Source: Macrostomum lignano (lineage: Eukaryota). Taken from it: a stretch of 64,000 nucleotides of DNA. Position numbers and translations under genes: made by a program. Shown in pieces: positions 22,651 through 34,950 of the stretch (its first letter is position 1; each line of letters starts with the position of its first letter). The stretch is taken from assembly GCA_002269645.1 (NCBI GenBank), contig NIVC01000616.1, positions 372,001-436,000 on the forward strand. Direction: 5' to 3'. The notes under the pieces were generated by a model. It was given only the letters and a program-made list of their open reading frames with translations. It was not told the DNA's origin and searched no databases.

Positions 22651-23439
22651 TCACGGGATTCCGTAGGCCTTAAACTCGCACATGCTCAGTGGCTGTGGCG
22701 GGTTCTGGCGAATCACAATTTTGATCCGCGAGCCAAAAGCACCGCAGGTGAAGTTGGCAACAGAGAAGGGCACAGTGAGGTTCACCTGGTTGCACACGGA
22801 CCCGTCTAAAAGCAAGTCAAATACGTTGAACCTCCATGGGCAGCAGTCCTGCCGGTTGTAAATGGTGACGTAAGACGCGACGGACGGAGCGGTCAGGACG
22901 GCCTCCCACCACGAGTTGGAATCGAGTTGCGTGTTGGCGCAGGACTCCCCCATCATTACAGCGCGAGTGTTGCCGTCGTAAGCCTTCTCGCAGCCTCTGG
23001 TGGCGCTTGTATTGCTCGACTGGGTGCAGCTGGCGATTGAAAGCTTTGAAACGGCTGAAATGAAGTGCGTTTTTGTAGCTTTTGTTTCGAAACGCTTGTT
23101 GACGTAAGATCGTGCCGAAAATAAGTTACAGTTACCTAGAACAAACACATCGCTTTTCTCCACGCTGACCCAGGAGCTGGTAGTGGAAAACGCCTGCAAG
23201 TTGAACAGCCGACACGCTCCGAGCAGCCAGTAGAAGCCGAAGCAGCCCAACCTCAGGCTGCACACGAAGCCACAGCTGATCAAGTTGGGTCCGGTCTGGG
23301 CCAGAAACTCCAACGGAGCAACAGCGCTGCCCGTTCTGGTCGCAACGGATTGCACAACCGGCCGGAGTGCCTCTGCTGCGGCTGCGCCCGTCCCGAAGAC
23401 GAAGACAGCTAAGAAGAAAATTGCTACAGTTGGCTGCAT
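22651..23439 (-). CDS. Secreted PAN/Apple + F-type lectin, FTL2; exons complement(23136..23439, 22651..23054)
   Basis: Paralog of FTL1 with the same intron position and phase. Signal MQPTVAIFFLAVFVFGTGAAAA; AYDGN, CANT, YNRQDCCPWRF. Confidence 0.85.
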   Translation of the reverse strand: MQPTVAIFFLAVFVFGTGAAAAEALRPVVQSVATRTGSAVAPLEFLAQTGPNLISCGFVCSLRLGCFGFYWLLGACRLFNLQAFSTTSSWVSVEKSDVFVLGNCNLFSARSYVNKRFETKATKTHFISAVSKLSIASCTQSSNTSATRGCEKAYDGNTRAVMMGESCANTQLDSNSWWEAVLTAPSVASYVTIYNRQDCCPWRFNVFDLLLDGSVCNQVNLTVPFSVANFTCGAFGSRIKIVIRQNPPQPLSMCEFKAYGIP

Positions 23440-24905
23440 TGTTTTGAGATTGGAGTTGCTGCAGAATTGCAAAATGAGTTCCATCTTTCGCGCGTTTCCT
23501 GCCAAGGCTCTTATTCCTGATTCTGAAGGCCTGGAAGGGTAGAAACGCCAGCCCAAGCAATTCAACAATGGGAAGGAGAAGCTTGAGAGCTGTCGCCAAA
23601 AGAATTTGCACACAGCAACACAAATGACAACCGATGAATGATTGAGATGCAAGCCATTGTCTTTTGATTGGCTTCCTAAGAGGCAAAAAGTTTAGATGAA
23701 AGATTTTGTGCCTAATTATAGCTGTCTTTTAATGTCACGTTGTCAAAAATGTTGTGACAATATGCCAAAAAGTGTTCGTGAAGTTGGTTCTTTTTCAAAC
23801 AATTGAACTGACTAATCAGTCAAATATTTTTTGTATCACCCTCGGCTCCCTTTCCCGAGCCCTGATCTATCAGTCTTGACAAACTTGGCAAATACATAGC
23901 TGGGATAAATGTCAGATGGAAGCGCACTTTATGGCAATCAAATTCTACTAGGAGAAGGCAAGCAGCAGCAATGTTAATGAATTGAATGCAATGCTCAATT
24001 GGAGATACTTGTGCCACATGTTACTACTGTATAAGTAATGTCAGACTTTAATTCTCTCAACTCACAAAACAGATGATCAATTAATGCAGAAACCTTCGGG
24101 ATAATCCGCGCTACCAAGTTTCTAAACATAATACATTTGTAGTAAAGTGATATAAAGTAGATACTTATATTCAACATCGAGCATCTGTTGATGTGGTGTA
24201 ACGAAGATCTGGGATGTCGCAACGTGGGTCCAGAGAAATCAAGGGGCTGAGCTTTGTAGCTCGGACAAACTGAATTCTTCAGTTCCCATACGGGCTGGCC
24301 GAGATTGTCGGACAGCCAAGTCTGAAGCGCAGAGAAGTTCGAGTCAGGACCGAGGTAGTTGAGTCTGTTGCCGAGTCAGGACAGACCGTCATAGTGAGGA
24401 ACCACTCGCCATTGGAGTCTGACTAAAACTGACTCCTCACATTTGATGTGCTTTCGACCTTGCTTTTAAAAAGCAAAGATTCAGAAAAAAATCTGTTTGC
24501 AGAGTTTTTTCCACTAAACAGGGAACACCATTCAGGTGAGCTCATTGCAGCGACAATGCCATTATTATTGATTCGGAGACTCTTTCAACCACAGTTTGCT
24601 GGCCTTCCTGACTGCAAGAAAGTTTATTCCAGCAAAGACGCAGGAAGCAGAGAAGCCATCGCGATATATAGCGGAGCCAAGCTTAGGTGAGTGAGTCAGG
24701 CCAGCCGCCCAAACAATGGTCTCAAATCATGAATAAAACTTCCTGGTTGTTGCATCCGCAACAACAGACTTGTCAATCAACAGTCGGTGTCTTTGCAGTG
24801 GCTTCCACGCTTTGTGTTAAAGCCATAAAAGATGAAAACAAGCAAGAAAGCAGTGTCAGCCAAGGTAGCTTTTGCTTTCATTCGGGCAGCGCAATGAAAA
24901 GAGAA

Positions 24906-25934
24906 ATGCAGTTGCAAAACTTCAACGCTCTCATGCTTCTACTGCTAGCTGCAGGTCACATTAGCGTCTGACGCAGCTTCCTCCGAGCGCAGGTGGTGGG
25001 CAAGCGACGAGAGCCTCTCCGATTACGAAGTTGTCAAATCGTTCTCGGTCCGGTCCAGAATTGAGTGCACAGCTGCTGCCAGCAGCGACTCCGCTGTGCA
25101 GCTGGTGGCGTTCAACGCCAGCTCCGGCCTGTGCGCTCACTTCAGGTGTCGCCTGGGCCTGAGCCACTGCAGGAAGTGCCGCAGTTTAAACAAGGCAGCT
25201 CCGCGTGGTTTATGGGTAAGAGAATGAATCAGCTCTTCGTTGTTTCTTCGAATGCCTTCATTTAGAATGCGTGACGTCTCCTTGCAGACAGCCGGCAGTG
25301 ACTGCTGGACCACCGTGCAGCACAGGGTGTCCGGCTCAGTGGACTTTTACCGCAACTGGACTCAGTACCAGAGCGAGTTCGGCGAGGGACCCGACGGAAA
25401 CTACTGGATCGGTGAGGACCAAAAAGTTGTGACCTATTAGAGCTATTGTAGAGACTAAAATATCTGCATGTTTAAATGCCTACTGCTAATGGCTTGGCAA
25501 TTGCTATTTCAGGTCTGAACGCTCTTCACGAAATCACGCAGCATGGAAGTCACAAGGTGCGGTTTCTCATGAAAGCCTGGAACGGGTCTGAGCACTGGGC
25601 TGAGTACTCCAGCTTCTCCGTGGGTCCCGAGTCCGACAACTACCGGCTGAGCGTGTCCGGCTTCTCCGGCAGCGCCGGCATCGGCGACTGCTTTTCTGCT
25701 CTAAACGGGCAGCAGTTCACCACAAAGGACGCCGATCACGACACTCACTCTGGTAACTGCGCAGTGATTTATCATGGAGCCTGGTGGTTCACCGCCTGCC
25801 ACTGCACGCACCCGAATGGGTATTACAGAGATGCCTCTGTTGCCACTGGAGATCCCTATGCTCAGGGTGTGATTTGGAGAATGTACTTCGGCTACTACTA
25901 CTCACTGATGGAGTTCGAGATGCTGGTTTTGTAA
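24906..25934 (+). CDS. Secreted degenerate-PAN + fibrinogen-related domain protein (FReD-A); exons 24906..25215, 25288..25411, 25513..25934; apparent extra G near 24948
   Basis: [65 protein letters not shown], terminal EMLVL. The signal peptide joins the mature region only with a 1-nt correction. Confidence 0.8.
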
Positions 25935-26169
25935 CAAGACGCTGGAATTACTATTGATTAATTGTCAAACTGCAATATTTAGATACTTAAGGGCATCCAA
26001 GATAGCGGAATGGATTGATTCACACTACCAGAGTCCAAATCTATCTCTTTGGAAAGATTTTACTAAACAAATTCCAACAAACTGAAAAACACTAATCTTG
26101 ATGAAAATACAAAGGTGACAAAAATATCATCAAATACTGTGAGCAAATGCAGTAATCGTTCTGCTCAAT

Positions 26170-26432
26170 TCTTTATTGATGTGCAACCGACAGCTCAACC
26201 GCAGCTATTGCGCGGCGAATCTCGTATGCCTGTTCAGTCCAAGGACTGGGGGTCGCCACTCCCCTCAAATAACATTTCAATACTGGCACCCATTTTACAG
26301 CTGCGTGAGCTGAAGCAATGCAGAGTTAAGTGTCTTGCTCAAGGACACAAATTCTTCAAGTGGGATCGGGAATCGAGCCCCCGACATTCAAATCGTGAGT
26401 CCGACGCTTTAACCACTAGGCTACAACCCCTC
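26170..26432 (-). mobile_element. tRNA-derived CORE-type SINE
   Basis: Reverse strand shows GGGTTGTAGCCTAGTGG (A box), a B-box-like segment, and TGTGTCCTTGAGCAAGACACTTAACTC...CTGTAAAATGGG resembling the MIR CORE domain. At least five copies in the window. Confidence 0.8.
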
Positions 26433-27180
26433 ACTAGGCTACAACCCTCACTAGGCTACAACCCTCACTAGGCCACAACCCTCACTAGGCTACAACCCCT
26501 CACTAGGCTACAACCCCTCACTAGGCTACAACCCCTCACTAGGCTACAACCCCTCACTAGGCTACAACCCCCACTAGGCTACAACCCCCACTAGGCTACA
26601 ACCCCCACTAGGCTACAACCCCTCACTAGGCTACAACCCCTCACTAGGCTACAACCTCCACTAGGCTACAACCCCTCACTAGGCTAAAACCCCCACTAGG
26701 CTACAACCCCCACTAGGCTACAACCCCCCACTAGGCTACAACCCTCACTAGGCTACAACCCTCACTAGGCTACAACCCCCACTAGGCTACAACCCCCACT
26801 AGGCTACAACCCCCCATCAGGCTACAACCCCCACTAGGCTACAACCCCCCACAAGGCTACAACCCCCCACAAGGCTACAACCCCCACTAGGCTACAACTC
26901 CCCACTAGGCTACAACCCCCCACTAGTCTACAACCCCCACTAGGCTACAACTCCCCGCTAGGCTACAACCCCCCACTAGTCTACAACCCCTCACTAGGCT
27001 ACAACCCCCCACTAGGCTACAACCCCCCACCAGGCTACAACCCCCACTAGGCTACAACCCCTCACTAGGCTACAACCCCCCACTAGGCTACAACCCCCAC
27101 CAGGCTACAACCCCCACTAGGCTACAACCCCCCACAAGGCTACAACCCCCCACAAGGCTACAACCCCCCACTAGGCTACT
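26416..27180. repeat. 16-18-bp minisatellite (CACTAGGCTACAACCCC), about 45 copies, derived from the SINE 5' end; followed by a second SINE head at about 27180..27295
   Basis: The unit is the reverse complement of the first ~17 nt of the adjacent SINE. Confidence 0.9.
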
Positions 27181-27439
27181 AGTGGTCCTTGGGACGGATA
27201 TTGTTCCGAGTGGTTCGAGAATCGAACCCCCCCCCTGACTCTCAAGTCGTGAGTCCCACGCTCTAACCACTAGACTACAACCCCCACTAGGCTGCAAACC
27301 AATAGGTTATGCTCAGATTATACCTACTACCTTAGGTATAAGTAGTACACTGCGAATTATCTGCAGCAAGCTGCCTTCAATGACGGTGAGTATAAAAGCA
27401 GGAAAGCTGAGCAACCTTCGCTAGCAGCAACAGTACCAA

Positions 27440-28473
27440 ATGTCCCTCAAGAACTCTGCTGTCATTGCCAGTGCAGTCGCTTGCACTCTGCTGGTCCTCG
27501 TATCCGGTGCGGTCGCTCAGTTCACCCGCATCGGCTGCTTCAAAGATGGCCGATCGAGGGATCTGAACGCAGCCTCCATCAGCAGCAGGGAGATGTCGTA
27601 CGAGTTTTGCAGCAGCTTCTGCTCTCAGAGGGGCTTGCCATTCTTTGGCGTGCAGTACAGGTCTTATTGCTTCTGCGGCTCTTCCTACGGGCGGTACGGT
27701 GTGGCCGCGGAGAGCGACTGCCGAGGCTCCTGCACTGGCAACCCTGCGCAGAGGTGCGGCGGCACCTGGCGGAACTCCGTGTTCGCTTTAGTCTACGGTC
27801 GTGAGTTCGATTTCGTTGTATACATTTTGACTGTATTTTTTAAAACCTATGGATTTGGTCCTTGACGACTCCTTAGGGGGTCGCTTTTCAAATTACAACC
27901 AAAACAACAAAATGCGTTGTCAGCCAGTCAAGCGAGTCTTGAGAGGCCAAGACAATGTCCACACAAGGGCCTGGGCGCGAACATTGGCCGCACCGCTGGC
28001 AGTGTCCGGGGCGCCGGCATCAGCCACCACGAAACGCCGAAATGGTCTCAAATTGCGAAGACTCAATTTTCACATTAGATTCGAATAAAACTCTATGAAA
28101 CAGACGTTCGCCGGTTTGGAATTTAGAAATTGTACAGTGATCCCTATTACGTGCAAACAAGTATATACTTCAGGTTTCTTGTATACAAAAAATTCTGCCT
28201 ACTGCAAACTTCATATCTGAATAACTCCCTGCTTCAGGCAGCAACTACTTCACTCCGACGCAGCGACCCGGCCCAGCCGTCCCAACTACTGGTTCATCGC
28301 TCTGTACACAAGCTGCCAGATCGGCTGTTGACTGCCTCCTGCTGTGTGCGGCCGAATCCGGTTGCCAGGCTGTAATTTTCCAATCGCACCAGCGACTCTG
28401 CCACCGGCTTAAGTCCGCCTACACTCCTGTCAGCCTGACTGGCATCCCCGGAGACTATTTCATCCGCAACTGA
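27440..28473 (+). CDS. Secreted WSC + PAN/Apple protein (WSC-A); exons 27440..27800, 28238..28473
   Basis: Signal peptide; WSC domain (IGCFKD..RDL..MSYEFCSSFC..FGVQY..CFCG..DC..CTGN..CGGTWRNSVF). The phase-1 GT..AG intron joins an exon encoding SAVDCLLLCAAESGCQAVIFQSHQRLC...DYFIRN*. Confidence 0.85.
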
Positions 28474-28738
28474 GCTCTGGAGAGCGCGATCGAATTACAC
28501 TTGCGAGTAGGAAATACTCACCAAAATCAAACAGGTCTTGTCTTGACGCGTCTCTTTTAGGAAGTGAGGAAGTGAGGAATGGAAATTATATTTATTTACT
28601 GTTCAACCATTCCTATCCAGCTATAGATTACAAGCGCATAATCCAATGATCCGCATTCGTGAAATTCATTTGAACATTGTTGAACGCTATTTAGCTCGTA
28701 AAAACGAATAAATACGATACGTCTATCTAAGAACCTTA

Positions 28739-29010
28739 GGGGTTGCAGCCTAGTGGTCAGAGCATCGGACTTACGACTTGAAGGTCGGGGGTTCGATTAC
28801 CGATCCCACTGGAACAACTTGTGTTCTTGAGCAAAAGACACTTGACTCTGCATTGCTTCAGTTCACCCAGCTGTAAAATGGGTGCCAGCATTAGCTGGGG
28901 TAATTGAGGGTCCTTGGACTGAACAGCCGTACGCAGCCTTCAGATGCGCCACGCAATAGCTGCGGCTGGGCTGTCGGTTCCAATCGAGTATTATTATTTA
29001 TTATTATTAT
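28739..29010 (+). mobile_element. tRNA-derived CORE-type SINE with (TTA)n tail
   Basis: A box CAGCCTAGTGG, B box GGTTCGATTAC, CORE segment, ATT-repeat tail. Confidence 0.8.
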
Positions 29011-29789
29011 CTAAGAAATACACGATTCCATCATCGAATAAGTTGTGCCCACCTAAGGAATGTTTCCACAGAATTACGTGCAACTACCTAAAAAAATATT
29101 GACACAGAAGCCCTCAGCCGCTCTAGAATAACTTTGAGTATAGGCATCAACAGAAAAATTTGGCTGTGGGCACTGTTGCTTAGGGGATCAACACACAGTT
29201 TTTTCTCCCATTTGCCTTGAATCAACAAATCGTCAACAGATTTATTGACATTCGTTGGGGTCGTTATCCAAGTTTCTTTTTCCACAGCTTCGCATTCTGC
29301 ACTGTATATGCACAAGATCTATAGAATAATGGCTCGTGTGACTTAGCCATTGTGGCATTAAGCTCCAGACAATGCCTGGAAACAATTGCTTTGTTGACAC
29401 TGTTAAGCAATCTTGAGATCAACTATACGCTAACGCGATTCGGATAACTTTTCACCCGTCAGGTACTCAGGTTTGCTTGTTTCCAAGCTGATGCGACTGC
29501 TTTTTTCAATGTGAAAAGCGCCAAATCATTATTGCACAGCCAGTGAAAGCAGGGGGTACAACAAGGATCACTTCGAAGGCAGTTCAGTAAGTTGCTCAAG
29601 GAACTTACACGTAACTACCAAACTACCGACCAAGGTTTGCCTGGCGACTTGATTCTTGTTTGAGAAGGTGCGCCACGAAAACGAAGCCACTTTTAAAATT
29701 ACACCGATCGAAAATTCAAGATTGAGTTCTTTCAGCATTACAGGTAAAGACATCAATAATTCATTTTTCTGAACTCAAATCATATTTCA

Positions 29790-30111
29790 TGAATAATAAT
29801 ACTAATAAATAATTAATTGATTACACCTGTCCCAATTGGGCCAGATGTGCAACCGACAGCTCAGCCGCAACTATTTGCGCGGCGCATCTGAAGGCTGCGT
29901 ACGGCTGTTCAGTTCAAGGACTGCGGGGGTCGCCACACACACCCTGAATTACCCCAGATAATGCTGGCACCCATTTTACAGCTGGGTGAACTGAAGCAAT
30001 GCAGAGTCAAGTGTCTTGCTCATGGACACAAATTGTCCCAGTGGGATCGAGAATCGAACCCCCAACCTACAAGTCGTGAGTCCGACGCTCTAACCACTAG
30101 GCTGCAACCCC
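29790..30111 (-). mobile_element. tRNA-derived CORE-type SINE
   Basis: Reverse-complement homolog of the copy at 28739. Confidence 0.8.
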
Positions 30112-30404
30112 GTTTTGTCTTTAATGCTTCGATTAGATCAGATTATCAACAATGCTGCAACTACAATTGTTAATTTTTTCGTTTCATTGTTCATTTTTTT
30201 TCATTTTTGACCTCTACAAAGGGACAGAACGGTGTAAGTTAAATAGCTTTTGAGTAAAAGAGACGCCAGTGCGGCTGAGCTGTCGGTTGCACATCTGGCC
30301 CAATTGGGACAGGTGTAATCAATTAATTATTTATTAGTATTATTATTCATGAAATATGGTTTTGCAAGGAAAAATTCACCTTATTACTTTATAAAGAAAT
30401 TTTT

Positions 30405-31525
30405 TTCGGGAGAGAAGGAAGGCATGGGGAAGATGGGAGAGAGGGAAGGAAAGAATGGGGAAGATGGGAGAGAGAGAAGGAAAGCATGGGGAAGATGGGA
30501 GAGAGGGAAGGAAAGAATGGGGAAGATGGGAGAGAGAGAAGGAAAGCATGGGGAAGATGGGAGAGAGGGAAGAAAAGAATGGGGAGGATGGGATGGAAGA
30601 GAAAAAAAGGAAAGAGTGGGGAAGACGGGAGAGAGAGAAGGAAAGCATGGGGAAGATGTGTCGAGAAAAAATACTAAATTAAAGACTAGAGAGTTACTTG
30701 GAGTTAAATTGAATCTAAGATAAGCCAGTAAGTGGGCGCAGGGCCCAAACAAGTATATTTATACCAGACATTAACTTAGGGGGTTTGAATTGCAGATAAT
30801 AAAGAGAGGGGGTGGAGTGCACGACTAAATAGAGAGGCGAGAATGGAGAACCAATCAGAAGGCAGCAAGGGAGAGAGAGATAAGAATAACAAGATTGAGC
30901 TAGACACAGAGAGAGAGAAAACAGTAAACAGAGACAAGTGAAGGTGAACTAAAGAAATGACTAGGAAAGTCGCGACAAGATGGGAGAGAGGGAAGGAAAG
31001 AATGGGGAGGATGGGAGAGAAAAAAAGGAAAGAGTGGGTAAAACAGGAGAGAGAGAAGGAAAGCATGGGGAAGATGGGAGAGAGGGAAGGAAAGCATGGG
31101 GAGGATGGGAGAGAGGGAAGGAAAGAATGGGGAGGATGGGAGAGAGAGAAGGAAAGCATGGGGAAGATGGGAGAGAGGGAAGAAAAGAATGGGGAGGATG
31201 GGAGAGAGAGAAGGAAAGCATGGGGAGGATGGGAGAGAGGGAAGGAAAGCATGGGGAGGATGGGAGAGAGAGAAGGAAAGCATGGGGAAGATGGGAGAGA
31301 GGGAAGGAAAGAATGGGGAGGATTGGGAGAGAAAAAAGGAAGAGTGGGGAAGACGGGAGAGAGAGAAGGAAAGCATGGGGAAGATGGGAGAGAGGGAAGA
31401 AAAGAATGGGGAGGATGGGAGAAAGAGAAGGAAAGCATGGGGAAGATGGGAGAGAGGGAAGAAAAGAATGGGGAGGATGGGAGAGAGAGAAGGAAAGCAT
31501 CGGGAAGATGGGAGAGAGAGAAGGA
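30405..31525. repeat. About 31-bp purine-only repeat (GGGAGAGAGGGAAGGAAAGCATGGGGAAGAT) in two blocks, ~30405..30660 and ~30975..31525
   Basis: Direct reading. Confidence 0.9.
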
Positions 31526-31599
31526 AAGAATCGCACGAGAAGAGCCAGCGCACTCTCATGAGGAGGGAAATGCTAAAATGCTGTGGCTCTCAGCATGGT

Positions 31600-34500
31600 A
31601 AGGGTTCAAGATAGAATCGCCCTGTCAAACATCAAACACTCATGGGGGAATTGCTGAGATATCATGGCTTATGTTTGGAATCTCTGAAATTCTGTAGCTT
31701 ATAGGGGCTGCTGAAATGCCAAAGGTCAATTGGGAGTTCTTAATGATCTGAGAGAGAGTCTTCGAATGCAGCCTCGCTCTGCATGCAGTGGGCTGCAGTC
31801 AGCTTCACGGCCCATCTTCACCGCCTCTGAGAGAGGCATCACTATTGAAAGCAAGAGCTATTTGGTTGTCATGGAGACCGCAGCTACTGAATAATTCAGA
31901 TTCGGGGCTGATATATTGGGCTCGCATAATTGCTTGTATTGGGTGACTGCGGACTAATTCTGAAAATTCTGAGAGATCACGGAACAGTCAGTTCAACTGG
32001 TGAGTCTGTTGAGCATGAAGCATGAGCTGGGATTCCGTCCCCTCCCTCCACCCTCTCCTTCTGCCCTCGCCCTCCTCCCTCCGCCCTCGCCCTCCTCCAT
32101 CCGCCTTTTCCCTCCTCCCTCCGCCCTCGCCCTCCTCCCTCTCCCTCCTCCCTCCGCCCTCTCCTTTCTCCCTCCGCCCTCGCCCTCCTGGGCGTCGTCG
32201 GCGCCATCGCTGTGGATGCGGTCACGATCGCGTGCCAGAGCTTCATAGGTGCGGCTTTTCAGCCTAGGCTTGGTGTTTCGCAGGGCTACCTGCACCGCAG
32301 GGACGCTCGGGTCAAGTCTGAGCACTCGTTCCCTTAGGCGTGCCGCCCTCTCGGACGCGATAAAAGAAAGTGGTGCAAGCCCGGCCAGTTGTAGAACGGA
32401 ACGGGCGTTGGTTGGCATGATGCAGCCCGTGATCAGCCTCGCACACGCGTTCTGTTGCTGCTCAATGCCTCGCCTAATGGAGGGGGCGGCGCCGCACAAC
32501 CAGGTGCCTGCGGCGTACTCGGCCACAGCACGGATGCTGCTGATGTAGGCTGTTCGGATAGTATGTAAGTCTACATCTCCTGGGAGATGTCGGCGATGAG
32601 CTCCTCCGTGGAGCGCCCCCGTCGGAAGCCCGCCTGGCTGACGGTCAGCCGACCGGAGGCTTCCAGAGCGTAACGGAGGCGCTGGAGGACCAAACGTTCT
32701 GCGAGCTTTGCCACGCAGCTGGTGAGGGTGAGTGGACGATAGGATTCTGGCTTGCTGGCGTCCTTCCCTTTCTTGGGAATCGGGATGATGGTAGCCTTCC
32801 TCCATTGCCACGGGCACTTGCCTTCCAGCCAGGACCGATTAATGAGCTCGAGGATTCTCTTGTCTGTGGACGGCGGTAGATGCTTCAACATGTCATTACT
32901 AACGCCGTCCTGACCGGGGGCCTTCCCGGATTTCAGAGCCCGGACGGCGCTCCGGTACTCCGTAGGGTTGAAAGGTTGACAGATTCCCTGGCGTTTGCCG
33001 GTTTTGCAGCAGTGAGCGCACCGCTTCATGGGCCTTTTTGTTGATCGACCTGTCTTCTGGACGGTTTGGCACTCTGGAGACCGCACTATAGATCTGGCAA
33101 AACAGGTTTGCTTTTTCCAATTTAGTTCGCGCCGGTCTGCTGGGCGCGGTGCCACCCGTCTGGTGCCTGGTAATTGATGTGCTGCTAGCGGGGGTGCGCC
33201 CTTCCCCCTCTCATGTTCTTCAGCAGGCGGAAAAGGTCGCTGTTAACGTCCAGCTGAGCTGCCTTCTCGTTCCAGGATTTAGTCTTTTGCCTTCGGATGG
33301 TGGACCTGACTCGATTTCTGGCCGATTTGAAGGCTGCAATGTTGGAGTCTGACAGCTCAGCTTCAGCCGTCCGGCGCGCCTCTTTGCAAGCCCTAGAGGC
33401 TTTCTCGCAGTCTTCGGTCCAGAAAAGTTTGGCCCTCGGGAGTGTCCCTTTAGGGATGTTGTAGCTCGCCGCCTTCAGGATATCGCTACAAATGAGGGCG
33501 TGAACTTGTTCGGTCGCTACACCGCCCGTCGGGTATCGCTCCCTTTCGGCATCGATTTCGGCGAGCTCCTGTTTAAAGCCGTTCCAATCCGCCTTTCGAT
33601 AGCTCCATTTACCAGTCCGGGGGCGACGCTGCTTGGTAGTTCGCTTGCGGATGGAGCTAAGCTGGAACGTGATGGGGAGATGGTCAGAGCTCATGTCGCT
33701 CTGGGTCGTCCAACTATCCGCGACGCTTCTCAACAGATTACTACTGGTCCAGGTGATGTCCGGCGATGATAGAGCGCCTGTCCCCGGGTTCGTGCGGGTG
33801 TGGCGTTCACCGTTTGCGAGTTTCAGGTTCCTCGCGTTGGCCCAAGCTTCCACCCTGCGGCCCCTGTCGTCTTCATCTTGGTGGCTGTCCCAACTCCAGT
33901 GGGCGTTAAAGTCGCCCCCGAAAATGATACCCTGGGCGTCCGGTATGAGGTTTAGCGGAGGGTGCTAGGTCTCGCCTCTCTGTTCGCTGGTTGGTGGTGC
34001 GTAGACTGAGACCAGTGTGATGGGCTTCGAGTCCTTAAGGTGAACGGTGGCTGCCGTGACGTCCAGCATGCCGCGCTCCGCGTCACTTGGCGGCGGTTTG
34101 CTGTCGACGGTTATGTCCGAGCGGGTGAAAATCATCGCCCGGGTTGGTCGGGTATTTCGGGTCTTTCGGGTCTGGAGGTGGCGGCGGTGGCGAGAGCGGC
34201 TCCGGGGGAGGCGTTGGTGGGGATGGCGGTCGGTCCGGGGGTGTACAAGAGTTACACTGTTCCACTTTGAAGGCGCTAATCCACCTGTTGCTGCGACCCA
34301 GGCCGCTACATGACAGGTGACACCAGTCGCTGCAAACGTTGCAGCGGACCGAGCACTGCCGTCCTTTAATTTGGTTGCCGCACTTACAGCACCACCCAGG
34401 TTGTTTGCTTGGAGGATGCTGGGCCAGTCGCTCGTGCTGTCATCGTCGGTACCACTGCTGTAGCAGGCGCCGGCGCTGTCGCTGCCGTGGATGCGGGTGC

Positions 34501-34950
34501 TTGGATTTTTGCGTCTGCTGTTGCTGTTGCTGTGCTGTCCGCCTGGTTCGGGCCCGGCGCTGTCCAGGGCTCGTTCCTGCGGACGCAACCGGTGCGACCC
34601 GATTTGCATCCGGGGCACCATTCGGTGCGGTCCTCCGGCCAGCGCTTCCGGCATCGCGGTCTGGTGAGGCGGCGTCCGCCACATCTTGTCCACGGTGTCG
34701 GACAGGTGTTCGGGCTAGCGCTGCTTCCGGGCGATCTCTCGGCTAGCTCGGGGCCCCGCTGGGCGGCGTCCTTATGGAGGCCGTCGCACCTAGTGGCCAC
34801 GCAGTAGCCGTCCGGTGGGTTAAAGGGTTGATCCGCCCGAAGCTTCGTCTCTTGAAGCAGGATAGCCGTGGGTTGGTTGGTCTGGAGCCACTTGGCCAGC
34901 TTGGTGAGACGAGCCCGAAGGCCGTTGCAATTGAAGGCCGTTGCAATCGC
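31600..34950 (-). mobile_element. Defective I-group/Ingi-like LINE (LINE-A): disrupted APE, RT with core deleted, decayed 3' end
   Basis: APE motifs FNCNGL, LQETKL, VSVYAPP, GDFNAH, SPDIT, SDHLPI. RT N-terminus KAPGQDG, WRKATIIPIPKKGK, SYRPLTLTSCVAKLAER, QAGFRRGRST joins directly to the post-RT NACARLITG region. Frameshifts and stops present. Confidence 0.9.

Noticed and set aside
22651-23652. 333-aa single-exon ORF for FTL2
   Set aside because: It reads through an 81-nt intron at the position shared with FTL1 and FTL3, and starts upstream of the signal-peptide Met at 23439.
28739-28815. tRNA-like sequences (also near 26350, 27230, 30050, 37830, 59090)
   Set aside because: Each continues into a CORE-like SINE body or lacks a complete cloverleaf, so they are SINE heads rather than tRNA genes.
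30349-31614. Lys/Glu/Gly/Arg-rich and Leu/Ser/Pro-rich ORFs
   Set aside because: Translations of a purine-only tandem repeat.
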